Assembly (NCBI GenBank): GCA_964399385.1
Contig: CAYNQQ010000001.1
Location: 1-26,664, forward strand
Source of the DNA: an uncultured Candidatus Bathyarchaeia archaeon
GTDB taxonomy: Archaea; Thermoproteota; Bathyarchaeia; EX4484-135
Length of the DNA: 26,664 nt
Reading direction: 5' to 3'
Each line of letters starts with the position of its first letter. Position 1 is the first letter of the stretch. Made by a program: the position numbers and the translations under genes. Below the pieces are notes generated by a model. That model did no database searches. It was not told where the DNA came from and saw nothing but the letters and a program-made list of their open reading frames with translations. Below, one piece after another: positions 9,433 through 16,687 of this stretch.

Positions 9433-10078
9433 CGGTGGTCCCCCTGACCTCCACCTCTATCGGCTCCTCCCTCACGGGTGCCTGCTCCTCCAAGAGCCTC
9501 TGGAGCATGGACATGGCTTCCTCTATGTCCTTCTTCTCCTCCACCAGCCACCTCAGCCCGTTCATCAACATCCTCCTGAAGAGGTTGAAGCTCTCCTCGG
9601 ATAGCCTCCCGAGTTCGTATTCAACGGCCAAGCAGGCCAGGCCCTTCCTGACATCCCTTATCTGCCTTACCACGGCCCTAAGGGCCCTGCCGGCCTTGGT
9701 CATGAGCTCCCTGGCCTCCCTCTGGAGTTCCTCCACCGAGTTCTCGAGGTCAACACCCATCTCCTCGAAGAAGCTCACGTCGACCTTCTCCTTGAGGTCC
9801 ATGAGGAACTTGCTCTCCTTCCTGAGCAGTGCTGCCTTCCTCCTGAGGGCTTCTACCTCCTTCTTCAGGGAGGAGTGGACGACGACCTCCGAGTTGTTGT
9901 TCAGGGAGATGTCCGATAGCCTGAACTTCCTGAAGCGCCCGTCCCCCATCATGACCAGGACCCAGCTCACGTCCCCCCTGTGGTCCGTGAGGACGGAGAC
10001 CACCATGCCGAGCTGGCGGCCGTGCTTGTCCTTGACCATCCTCCCTATGAGCTGGATTGGCTCCACGGGCCCCATCAT
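9416..10078 (-). CDS. cdvA: Cell division protein CdvA
   Basis: N-terminal PRC barrel (LIGRMVKDKHGRQLGMVVSV), long coiled coil, C-terminal beta-strand-like EPIEVEV peptide. Directly upstream of cdvB-cdvC. Confidence 0.88.
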   Translation of the reverse strand: MMGPVEPIQLIGRMVKDKHGRQLGMVVSVLTDHRGDVSWVLVMMGDGRFRKFRLSDISLNNNSEVVVHSSLKKEVEALRRKAALLRKESKFLMDLKEKVDVSFFEEMGVDLENSVEELQREARELMTKAGRALRAVVRQIRDVRKGLACLAVEYELGRLSEESFNLFRRMLMNGLRWLVEEKKDIEEAMSMLQRLLEEQAPVREEPIEVEVRGTTDVIGT

Positions 10079-10716
10079 GAGCTCTTCACCTTCCTGGCCT
10101 GCCCGTTTAGCAGGTCCGGGAGGGCGAGCTCGAGGTCCTTCTCGGCCGAGAGCTTTATGGCCTCATAGAGATCGGCGGCCTCCTTGCTCGTGAGCTCGGT
10201 CGGGACCATGGGCCCCGCCGTCATGTTGGTTATCTCCTCGAGCTGTTCCAGGGCCTCTTGGAGGAAGCTCATATCCCTGCCCATACTCGGCATGACGCTG
10301 TTTATGAGCGGGGCCACGATCCTTATGAGCCTCTTGAGGGGCTCAACGGTGGCCAGGGCATCCCCTATCATGAGGGCCATGGCGAGCCTGTTCATTATCA
10401 GCTCGAGGCAGAACTTCAGGTAGGATAGCGTCCTGCCGAGCCTCCCCACGAAGACGGCCTCGTTCGTAAACATCTTGGCTCTCTCCTCGTCGCCCTCCGC
10501 GAAGGCCTTCTTCGCCTCCTCCATGGCAGCCTTCCTCAGGGCGTTGAACTCCCCTATCTTCGCCGTCAGCTTCCTCACGCACTGCCTCAGGTTCACGAGG
10601 GCCTCGGAGATCTTCTTCTTGAGATTGGCCTTCCCCCTCACGGCGAGCTTTACGCGGTCCTTCAGGCCGAGCTTCAGCGAGCTCTTCCCGCCCCAGATGT
10701 CGGCAAACGATGTCAT
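10075..10716 (-). CDS. ESCRT-III (Snf7-like) paralogue without winged helix (CdvB1/B2-like)
   Basis: N-terminal aromatic amphipathic MTSFADIW, Snf7-like core (GDEERAKMFTNEAVFV; LELIMNRLAMALMIGD), C-terminal LPDL. ATGA overlap with cdvA; SD GAGGTG upstream. Confidence 0.85.
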   Translation of the reverse strand: MTSFADIWGGKSSLKLGLKDRVKLAVRGKANLKKKISEALVNLRQCVRKLTAKIGEFNALRKAAMEEAKKAFAEGDEERAKMFTNEAVFVGRLGRTLSYLKFCLELIMNRLAMALMIGDALATVEPLKRLIRIVAPLINSVMPSMGRDMSFLQEALEQLEEITNMTAGPMVPTELTSKEAADLYEAIKLSAEKDLELALPDLLNGQARKVKSS

Positions 10717-10938
10717 TTCTCCATCCCACCTCGAGGTGAGTGAAAGTATTCGCGGGCCCGTGAAAAGAGGTGTCGGTTAGCCCAATATACACGGTCTTGT
10801 GAAAAGCATAACTTGGCCCGGTGGGCCTCAGGTGGGACAGGCCAGGCAGGCTGTCAAGCCCATGTGCCCCTCCCCCCGGTTTTTCAAACACGGGGGGCCA
10901 AGCCAGCTAAATGCCCCCGGGCCCTCCAGCCAGCGGGT

Positions 10939-11154
10939 ATGAAGAGGTTCCTGCTCCTACTGGGAGTGGGGATACTCGGCTTCTTGGTAGTAGCATCACT
11001 CTACCTGTTGGTGGAGCCCTTCCTCCCGATGCTCCCCGGCCTCATGGCCAGCCTCCTGCCGATACTGACGAGCCGCTGGTTCATAGCTGGCGTGATAGGG
11101 GCTGCCCTGGCCATAATAATATTCCTGGCATGGGCCTATTCGGGCGAGTGGTAG
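10939..11154 (+). CDS. Small two-TM membrane protein (71 aa), unknown function
   Basis: MKR plus two hydrophobic segments, typical codon usage. Start set at ATG 10939; the track ORF from 10813 runs through regulatory DNA. Confidence 0.7.
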   Translation: MKRFLLLLGVGILGFLVVASLYLLVEPFLPMLPGLMASLLPILTSRWFIAGVIGAALAIIIFLAWAYSGEW

Positions 11155-11528
11155 GAGGACGCTATCTCCCTCAGCTTCTCGGCCACAGCCCTGAACATGG
11201 AGCACGTCGATACGTCGAGGACGGGCACCATGATCCTCTCCTTGGTCTCTATCACGCGCTGGTAATCGGGCATGAGGGAGAAGCACACGAGGGCCCAGTA
11301 GACCCTGCCCTCCCTCACGAGTTCCGAGACGGTGAGCTTGGTCGTGAGGGGCACGGGGTAGTAGAGGAACGCAACGCCATCGGCCCAGTAGATGCCCGTG
11401 GGCCTGCCCCCGGCCGCTATGTTCGCGAAACGGGCCAGCTCCTCTACCGACCTGAAGAACAGGACCTCTTTTATGACCAGCTCCTTCACAGGCTCAAGCC
11501 TGACCGATGGGCTGGACAAGGCCCGCAC
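11136..11528 (-). CDS. Hypothetical alpha/beta protein (about 127-130 aa), probably a conserved TACK family
   Basis: Globular composition (EPVKELVIKE, LARFANIAAGG, IYWADGVAF, VPVLDV). Has a TATA (11551-11558) and GGAGG SD; start is GTG 11528 or TTG 11519. Confidence 0.75.
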   Translation of the reverse strand: MRALSSPSVRLEPVKELVIKEVLFFRSVEELARFANIAAGGRPTGIYWADGVAFLYYPVPLTTKLTVSELVREGRVYWALVCFSLMPDYQRVIETKERIMVPVLDVSTCSMFRAVAEKLREIASSYHSPE

Positions 11529-11550
11529 CTCCCAGGCATGTGCCAGAGGA

Positions 11551-11558
11551 TTTAAAAT
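11551..11558 (-). promoter_or_regulatory. Probable TATA box of the 130-aa hypothetical gene
   Basis: ATTTTAAA on the minus strand, 23-39 nt upstream of the candidate starts. Confidence 0.55.
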
Positions 11559-11615
11559 CTTAGCGGGCGCCTCGCGCCCTCCGGAGGCAGGGGTCCCGGT
11601 CCGATCGGGGGCTTC

Positions 11616-12029
11616 TCACCTGTAGCTCGTCTGGAACCTCGCCCTGGCGCCACGGCCACCGTATTTCTTGGGCTCCTTACGCCTCGGGTCCCCGGCCAGC
11701 ATGGTGCGATCGTACTCTATGAAGAGCTCCCTTATCCTCTCGTCGCCTGTCCAGAGGTAGAGGCCCCTCGCTATGGCTATCCTCGCGGCCTCGGCCTGCC
11801 CCATGAAGCCCCCTCCCCTGACCGTCACGTCTATGTCCACGCTGTTCCAGACCTCCTTGCCCACGAGGAGGAGGGGCTCCATTATCTTCCACCTGGCGGA
11901 CTCGGGCATCAGTATCTCGAGCGGGACCCCGTTTATCCTGACGCGCCCTATGCCCTCTCTTATGACGGCCCTGGCTATGGCCGTCTTGCGCTTCCCGCTG
12001 GTGAGTATTATCCTCCTCCTGACGGGCAT
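11616..12029 (-). CDS. rps9: 30S ribosomal protein S9 (uS9)
   Basis: [63 protein letters not shown]. Confidence 0.98.
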   Translation of the reverse strand: MPVRRRIILTSGKRKTAIARAVIREGIGRVRINGVPLEILMPESARWKIMEPLLLVGKEVWNSVDIDVTVRGGGFMGQAEAARIAIARGLYLWTGDERIRELFIEYDRTMLAGDPRRKEPKKYGGRGARARFQTSYR

Positions 12030-12067
12030 ACCCCCGCCCCCGGGCTTGACGGAGGTGGCGCGGGCCT

Positions 12068-12075
12068 ACTTATAT
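12068..12075 (-). promoter_or_regulatory. Possible internal TATA box for rps9
   Basis: ATATAAGT in a 65-nt gap between rpl13 and rps9, about 40 nt upstream of ATG 12029. Confidence 0.45.
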
Positions 12076-12094
12076 GTGCTCCCCGCCAGCATGG

Positions 12095-12544
12095 TCAGGG
12101 GTTCCAGCCTATCTCCCTCGCCAGCTCCCCGACCGTTATGTAGGGGCACCTCAGCTTGTCGGCCCTCGCCTCGGGTATGGTCTGGACCTCCACATCCTTG
12201 AGCTCCTCCGGGACCCCTATGAAGACCTTGAGGCGCCTCAGGGCCTTCTTGCCCTTCTCCTTGTAGCGCGGCAGCATGCCCCTTATGGTCCGCCAGACTA
12301 TTCTGTCCGGCCTCCTGGGCCAGTAGGGGCCCTTCCTGTAATGGCCTATCTGGAGCCTCTCCTTGTAGCGCCTTATGACGGCCTTCCTCTTCCCGGAGAT
12401 GACGGCTTTCTCGGCATTCACTATGGCTATGCGCTCCCCCATCAGCAGCCTCTTCGCCACCACGCTGGCCATCCGGCCCAGTATGAGGCCCGTGGCATCT
12501 ATGACCGTCCAGCCCTCGAAGCCGCTGGCCTCGGGAGCCGACAT
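12095..12544 (-). CDS. rpl13: 50S ribosomal protein L13 (uL13)
   Basis: VIDATGLILGRMASVVAKRLL, IVNAEKAVISG, GPYWPRRPDRIVWRTIRGMLP, LKVFIGVP. Confidence 0.98.
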   Translation of the reverse strand: MSAPEASGFEGWTVIDATGLILGRMASVVAKRLLMGERIAIVNAEKAVISGKRKAVIRRYKERLQIGHYRKGPYWPRRPDRIVWRTIRGMLPRYKEKGKKALRRLKVFIGVPEELKDVEVQTIPEARADKLRCPYITVGELAREIGWNP

Positions 12545-12550
12545 GCCCCA

Positions 12551-12910
12551 TCACTCCATTATCTTCACTCCCGAGCCCCTCGGGTTCTGCTCCACCAGCT
12601 CCCTTATGGTCAGGCATTTCCCGCCCGCCGCCTCTATCTTCCTCCTCGCGCTGGCCGAGAAGGCGAAGGCGGCCACCTGGACCGGGTGGTCTATGAAGCC
12701 AGCCCCCAGCACCTTGCCCGGGACCAGCACGATATCCCCGGGCTTTGTGTGCCTGTTTATCTTGCTGACGTTGACCTCGGCCCTGCGGCTCCTCGGCCTC
12801 TCCAGCCTCTCGGCCACATCACGCCATATCCTGGCCCCTATCTCCCCGTACTTCCTGCGCAGGAATCTTATGAGCTCCCTAAGCTCCGGGTTCTGTATCT
12901 CACGCCTCAA
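12551..12910 (-). CDS. rpl18e: 50S ribosomal protein L18e (eL18)
   Basis: [48 protein letters not shown]. Start set at TTG 12910 (SD GGAGG, overlapping the end of rpoD). Confidence 0.96.
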   Translation of the reverse strand: MRREIQNPELRELIRFLRRKYGEIGARIWRDVAERLERPRSRRAEVNVSKINRHTKPGDIVLVPGKVLGAGFIDHPVQVAAFAFSASARRKIEAAGGKCLTIRELVEQNPRGSGVKIME

Positions 12911-13691
12911 CGGCCACCACCTCCTTGAGCTTCTCCTCGAACTCATCCAGCTTCCTATCCAGAACCTTGACCGCCTGCTCCAGGATGACCTCGGGCGGGA
13001 GGACGCCCGTGGATTCCACGTACATTATGAAGGACCCCTCCTCCCACGATATATCTATGGCCGGTGGGTCGAGAGGGCATACGTCGGCGCAATCCCTGCA
13101 GAGCGTGCACGCCATCACGTTCTTGACCCTCATGGCGTTCCCCGTCCTGTCCAGGATCTTCCTCGGGCATATCTCCATGCACCTCCCGCAGAGGGTGCAC
13201 CTCGCCACGTCGATCCTTATGACGGGTAAATACTTGTGGGTGGCGGCCGAGACGGGCTGCCACCTCGCGTGCTGGCTCCCGGTCCCGAGCCTCGCCGTGG
13301 CTATGAGGTAGATCCTCTGGCCCGGGGCGAGCTTCACTATGGGCATGTTGGGGTGGAGGGGCACCACGTCCGGGCTATCTGATTTTAGGTCCCCCGAGTA
13401 GACGGTTATGGTCTCCTCCTTGGCCTCCGCCGAGAGCTCCAGCCTCACGACCTTATTCGGTTCCTCCTCGAGGATGGACGGGTTCATCTTAAGGGGTATC
13501 AGGCCTATCCTGTGGGCCAGCACCTCGTCATCGAGGACGGAGCTGTTCTCGAGTATACCGACCTCCTCTATGGCCATGCAGGGGACCTCGGCTATCATTA
13601 TCCTCCTCAGCGCGTTCACGAAGGCCGTATCTACCCCCCTGACCAGCAGGCGCAGCGTCTCGCCCGTGAGCTCTAACATCTCTACCTCCAT
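12900..13691 (-). CDS. rpoD: DNA-directed RNA polymerase subunit D (Rpo3) with ferredoxin-like insert
   Basis: [55 protein letters not shown], plus two CxxCxxCxxxCP motifs. Start set at ATG 13691, 30 nt after a CTTTTAT TATA. Confidence 0.97.
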   Translation of the reverse strand: MEVEMLELTGETLRLLVRGVDTAFVNALRRIMIAEVPCMAIEEVGILENSSVLDDEVLAHRIGLIPLKMNPSILEEEPNKVVRLELSAEAKEETITVYSGDLKSDSPDVVPLHPNMPIVKLAPGQRIYLIATARLGTGSQHARWQPVSAATHKYLPVIRIDVARCTLCGRCMEICPRKILDRTGNAMRVKNVMACTLCRDCADVCPLDPPAIDISWEEGSFIMYVESTGVLPPEVILEQAVKVLDRKLDEFEEKLKEVVAVEA

Positions 13692-13773
13692 GGCTTTCGG
13701 CACCACGCAGGCTGGGGGCATAAAAGCCTTAGCGATCGGCCTAAAGCCCGGCGGTGCCCAAGAGGGGGTGGTG

Positions 13774-14880
13774 ATGGGCTTGGGGGAGCTGGTGCTAAAG
13801 AAGGAGGCCCTGAGGGCCTACCTGGCGGGCCTCTTCGGGGATGAAGTGGAAATCCTCGGGGTGGGGGAGCTCGGGGGAGAGGTGAAACCCCTCGAGGACG
13901 TCAAGGCCTTCGGTTACGGCAGGCCCTTCGTGGTGGAGTTCGAGGTCCGGGGCCAGAGGAGGGAGGCCGTGTTATGCACCATAAGGCCCGGCCCCTTCGG
14001 CCACGAGTACAGGTCGGATAGAGCTGCCATACTGCTCTGGCAGTTCGATGCCTTCAACAAGCTCCCGAGGCACGTGAGGGCCCTTGATGTGGGGGCCTTC
14101 ACCAGGGATGGCCGTATGAAATCCCTCGGCGATTGCGGGGAGTTCTTCCTTCTCGTCGAGAAAGCGGAGGGCGTGCTCTACCACGTGGACCTCGATAGGA
14201 TACTATCTGAGCTCGAGCTTACCGATCTCGATAGGCAGAGGTGCCTGGCCCTGGCCGATTACCTGGCCGAGATACATGCCGTCAAGAGGGATGAACCAGG
14301 CCTCTACGTGAGGAGGGTGAGAGACCTCGTGGGCCACGGGGAATGCATAATGGGCCTGATAGATAGCTACCCCTCCGGCCTGAGGTACGCGCCTGAGGAA
14401 TTCCTGAGGGAGCTCGAGCACGCCTGTGTGGATTGGAGGTGGAGGCTGAAGAAGAAAACGCATAGGCTTAGCCAGGTGCACGGGGACTTTCACCCCTGGA
14501 ACATCCTGTTCAAGCCGGGGACCACGGACTTCACCGTCTTGGACAGGAGCCGCGGGGACTGGGGCGAGCCAGCCGACGATGTAGCCGCCATGACGGTCAA
14601 CTACATCTTCTACGGCCTCAGGGCCTACGGGCGCCTCGAGGGCCCCTTCGAGGAGCTCTTCAGGGCCTTCTGGGAGCGCTACCTGTCTAAGACCGGGGAC
14701 GAGGAGATCCTCGAGGTGGTCCAGCCCTTCTACACGTGGAGGTGCCTCGTGATCGCGAGCCCGATCTGGTATCCCACCCTGGCCGAGGAAGTCCGGGTCA
14801 AGCTCCTCTCGTTCGCGAGGAACGTGCTCGAGACGGACGTGTTCGATGTGGGTGCCGTGAACGACTACATAGAAGGTTGA
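13774..14880 (+). CDS. APH/choline-kinase-like phosphotransferase
   Basis: Catalytic loop HGDFHPWNILF, Mg-binding VLDRSRG, GEPADDVAA, KAFGYG loop. Start set at ATG 13774 after GGGGGTG; the track ORF from 13408 is antisense to rpoD. Confidence 0.85.
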   Translation: MGLGELVLKKEALRAYLAGLFGDEVEILGVGELGGEVKPLEDVKAFGYGRPFVVEFEVRGQRREAVLCTIRPGPFGHEYRSDRAAILLWQFDAFNKLPRHVRALDVGAFTRDGRMKSLGDCGEFFLLVEKAEGVLYHVDLDRILSELELTDLDRQRCLALADYLAEIHAVKRDEPGLYVRRVRDLVGHGECIMGLIDSYPSGLRYAPEEFLRELEHACVDWRWRLKKKTHRLSQVHGDFHPWNILFKPGTTDFTVLDRSRGDWGEPADDVAAMTVNYIFYGLRAYGRLEGPFEELFRAFWERYLSKTGDEEILEVVQPFYTWRCLVIASPIWYPTLAEEVRVKLLSFARNVLETDVFDVGAVNDYIEG

Positions 14881-15626
14881 GGGGCCTTTGAGCTGCTTCC
14901 TCCGAGGGTCATTAAGCTTGAGCTCACGAGCAAGCCCGAGGACATGAGCATCAGTATCTTGAGGACCGTGACGACGAACATGGCCAGTGGAGCGTGGGTC
15001 ACGAACGGGTGTACGAGGATGAACGTCACCGCCAGGGCCATGAGGACCGAGCCCCGGGCCAGCCTGCCCCGCCTCCGATCGGCCCCAGGGCCGGTGGGCA
15101 GGAGGCCCCTCCTAACGGCCCTGAGAAGGCTGAAGCAGCTCACGTAGCCAGCGATGACCATGAGGACGACCGATGACGCCAGGAGGGCCGTGTATAGCAT
15201 TAGGGTGCAGAACACGGGCAGGAGCATGACGCTGGCCCCCGCGAAAGCCAAGACCGCCGTGGCTACCGGGAAGCATAGGAGGACCTTGTCCAGAGGCCCG
15301 AGCTTCTGTTCCTCGGCCAGGTTGACGTATAAGCGCACGGTGGTGAAGAAGGCCGTGGCCAAGGTGATGCTGAGGGCTGTGGCGAGCATCTCAAAGACGT
15401 AGGTTAGCCGGAGAAAGGGCGCTATGTCGGTGGCCACGTGGCCCAGGGTATGCATTAGGTCCCCAATGCCTATCAAGAGGAAGCCCAGGCCGAGAATACG
15501 GAGCGCCCTGTCGCCCTCGGCCCTGGCCACCAGGGAGACCGCCATGCCGATGCCGATCATGGTGGCCTCGTACACGATGCCCAGGCCGTAGATGACCAGC
15601 CTCAGGCTAAGGGGCATCTCCGGCAC
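14865..15626 (-). CDS. Seven-TM membrane protein, unknown function
   Basis: Seven hydrophobic segments, GIGDLMH in TM2, Lys223 in TM7. GTG start with AAGGTGG SD. Confidence 0.75.
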   Translation of the reverse strand: MPEMPLSLRLVIYGLGIVYEATMIGIGMAVSLVARAEGDRALRILGLGFLLIGIGDLMHTLGHVATDIAPFLRLTYVFEMLATALSITLATAFFTTVRLYVNLAEEQKLGPLDKVLLCFPVATAVLAFAGASVMLLPVFCTLMLYTALLASSVVLMVIAGYVSCFSLLRAVRRGLLPTGPGADRRRGRLARGSVLMALAVTFILVHPFVTHAPLAMFVVTVLKILMLMSSGLLVSSSLMTLGGSSSKAPQPSM

Positions 15627-15659
15627 GCTTAACCACCTTCGCCGAGTAAGACGATTCTC

Positions 15660-15666
15660 TTTAAAT
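15660..15666 (+). promoter_or_regulatory. Probable TATA box in the divergent 7TM/kinase intergenic region
   Basis: TTTAAAT, about 33 nt from both ATG 15699 and GTG 15626; could serve either gene. Confidence 0.5.
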
Positions 15667-15698
15667 CTGCGCCGCCAGACCGTACCGGGAGCTAAGGC

Positions 15699-16244
15699 AT
15701 GCGAGGGCGCCAGGGGGAGGGCTGGGCCATCTGGATAACCGGCCTCCCCTCGAGTGGGAAATCCACCATAGCGCGTGGGCTGGCGAGGAAGCTGGCCGAG
15801 ATGGGGGTAAAAGTCCAGGTGCTCGAATCAGATGAGCTAAGGCGTGTTCTAACACCTAAGCCCACGTACAGCGAGGAGGAGAGGGCCTGGTTCTACGGCG
15901 TGATGGCCTGGATAGGCTGGCTACTCGTGAGGAACGGGGTGAACGTCATATTCGATGCCACGGCGAACAGGCGGCGCTACAGGGAGAGGGCCCGCGAGCT
16001 CGTAGGCCCGGACAAATTCATGGAGGTCTACGTCAGATGCCCCCTCGAGGTATGCATGAAAAGGGACCGGAAGGGCATTTACAAGCTGGCCCTCGAGGGG
16101 AAGGCGAGAACAGTCCCGGGCCTCCAGGTTCCCTACGAGGAGCCAGTCAACCCGGATGTCGTTGTCGATACCAGCGCCATGGGGCCAGATGAGTGCGTCG
16201 ATGCGATCCTTAGGGCCGTCCTGAGGCGTTTCTATGGCCGCTAA
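15699..16244 (+). CDS. Adenylyl-sulfate kinase-like P-loop kinase (CysC family, divergent)
   Basis: IWITGLPSSGKST, LESDELR, EVYVRCPLEVCMKRDRKGIY, VPG...YEEPVNPD. The LDGD and FISP motifs of canonical CysC are altered. Confidence 0.8.
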   Translation: MRGRQGEGWAIWITGLPSSGKSTIARGLARKLAEMGVKVQVLESDELRRVLTPKPTYSEEERAWFYGVMAWIGWLLVRNGVNVIFDATANRRRYRERARELVGPDKFMEVYVRCPLEVCMKRDRKGIYKLALEGKARTVPGLQVPYEEPVNPDVVVDTSAMGPDECVDAILRAVLRRFYGR

Positions 16245-16627
16245 AGGCCCCTGGTCCATTTCTCGAGTATCTTTTTGGCCTCCTCGCCCCTGCCCTCGGC
16301 TATGCACATCAGGGCCTTGGCCAGGTCCCTGACCCACGGGTTCGCCCTGGCCACCATGGCCGTGTCCACGGGGACGGCCAGCCTCCTGTAATCGAGCCAG
16401 CCTATTATTATGGCCAGCGGCACGTATATCAATACGAAGGTCAAGGCGAAGTAGCTCAGGTGAGCGAAGAACTCCCTGAGGAAGACGACGTTCTCCACCA
16501 GGAGCCTGTACTGTATGACGATGAAGTTGGCGAAGGAGAGCAGGAAGACCAGGTATACGTTGTGGCCCCGCCTGAAGTAGGTCCAGTACCTGAGCAGCCT
16601 GGTTTTAAGCCCTCCCATTTCTCCCAC
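16241..16627 (-). CDS. Small membrane protein with two TM helices, unknown function
   Basis: RYWTYFRRG followed by two TM segments and NPW. TATA TTTTTAAT at 16651-16658; start is GTG 16627 or ATG 16618. Confidence 0.75.
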   Translation of the reverse strand: MGEMGGLKTRLLRYWTYFRRGHNVYLVFLLSFANFIVIQYRLLVENVVFLREFFAHLSYFALTFVLIYVPLAIIIGWLDYRRLAVPVDTAMVARANPWVRDLAKALMCIAEGRGEEAKKILEKWTRGL

Positions 16628-16650
16628 TCCACGCTGACCTGTATGAGCTG

Positions 16651-16658
16651 ATTAAAAA
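16651..16658 (-). promoter_or_regulatory. Probable TATA box of the 128-aa membrane protein gene (or rrp4 T-tract terminator)
   Basis: TTTTTAAT, 24 nt upstream of GTG 16627. Confidence 0.55.
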
Positions 16659-16687
16659 GCGCGATTGAGAACCGGGCCCGCCGGGGC

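Noticed and set aside
11560-11615. Stacked GC hairpins after rps9 (GGGCGC-ctc-GCGCCC, CTCCGGAG, CCGATCGG) as a possible tRNA or sRNA
   Set aside because: No cloverleaf, T-loop or box motifs; short GC stems are expected by chance.
13408-13773. N-terminal extension of the 490-aa phosphotransferase ORF
   Set aside because: Antisense to rpoD; the real start with SD is at about 13774.
14865-15626. Calling the 7TM protein a rhodopsin or heliorhodopsin
   Set aside because: The TM7 Lys lacks the DxxxK/SxxxK context and TM3 lacks the RW/RY motif; kept only as an open question.
15699-16244. Assigning cysC and sulfate assimilation
   Set aside because: Substrate motifs have diverged and no sat/cysH is in the window.
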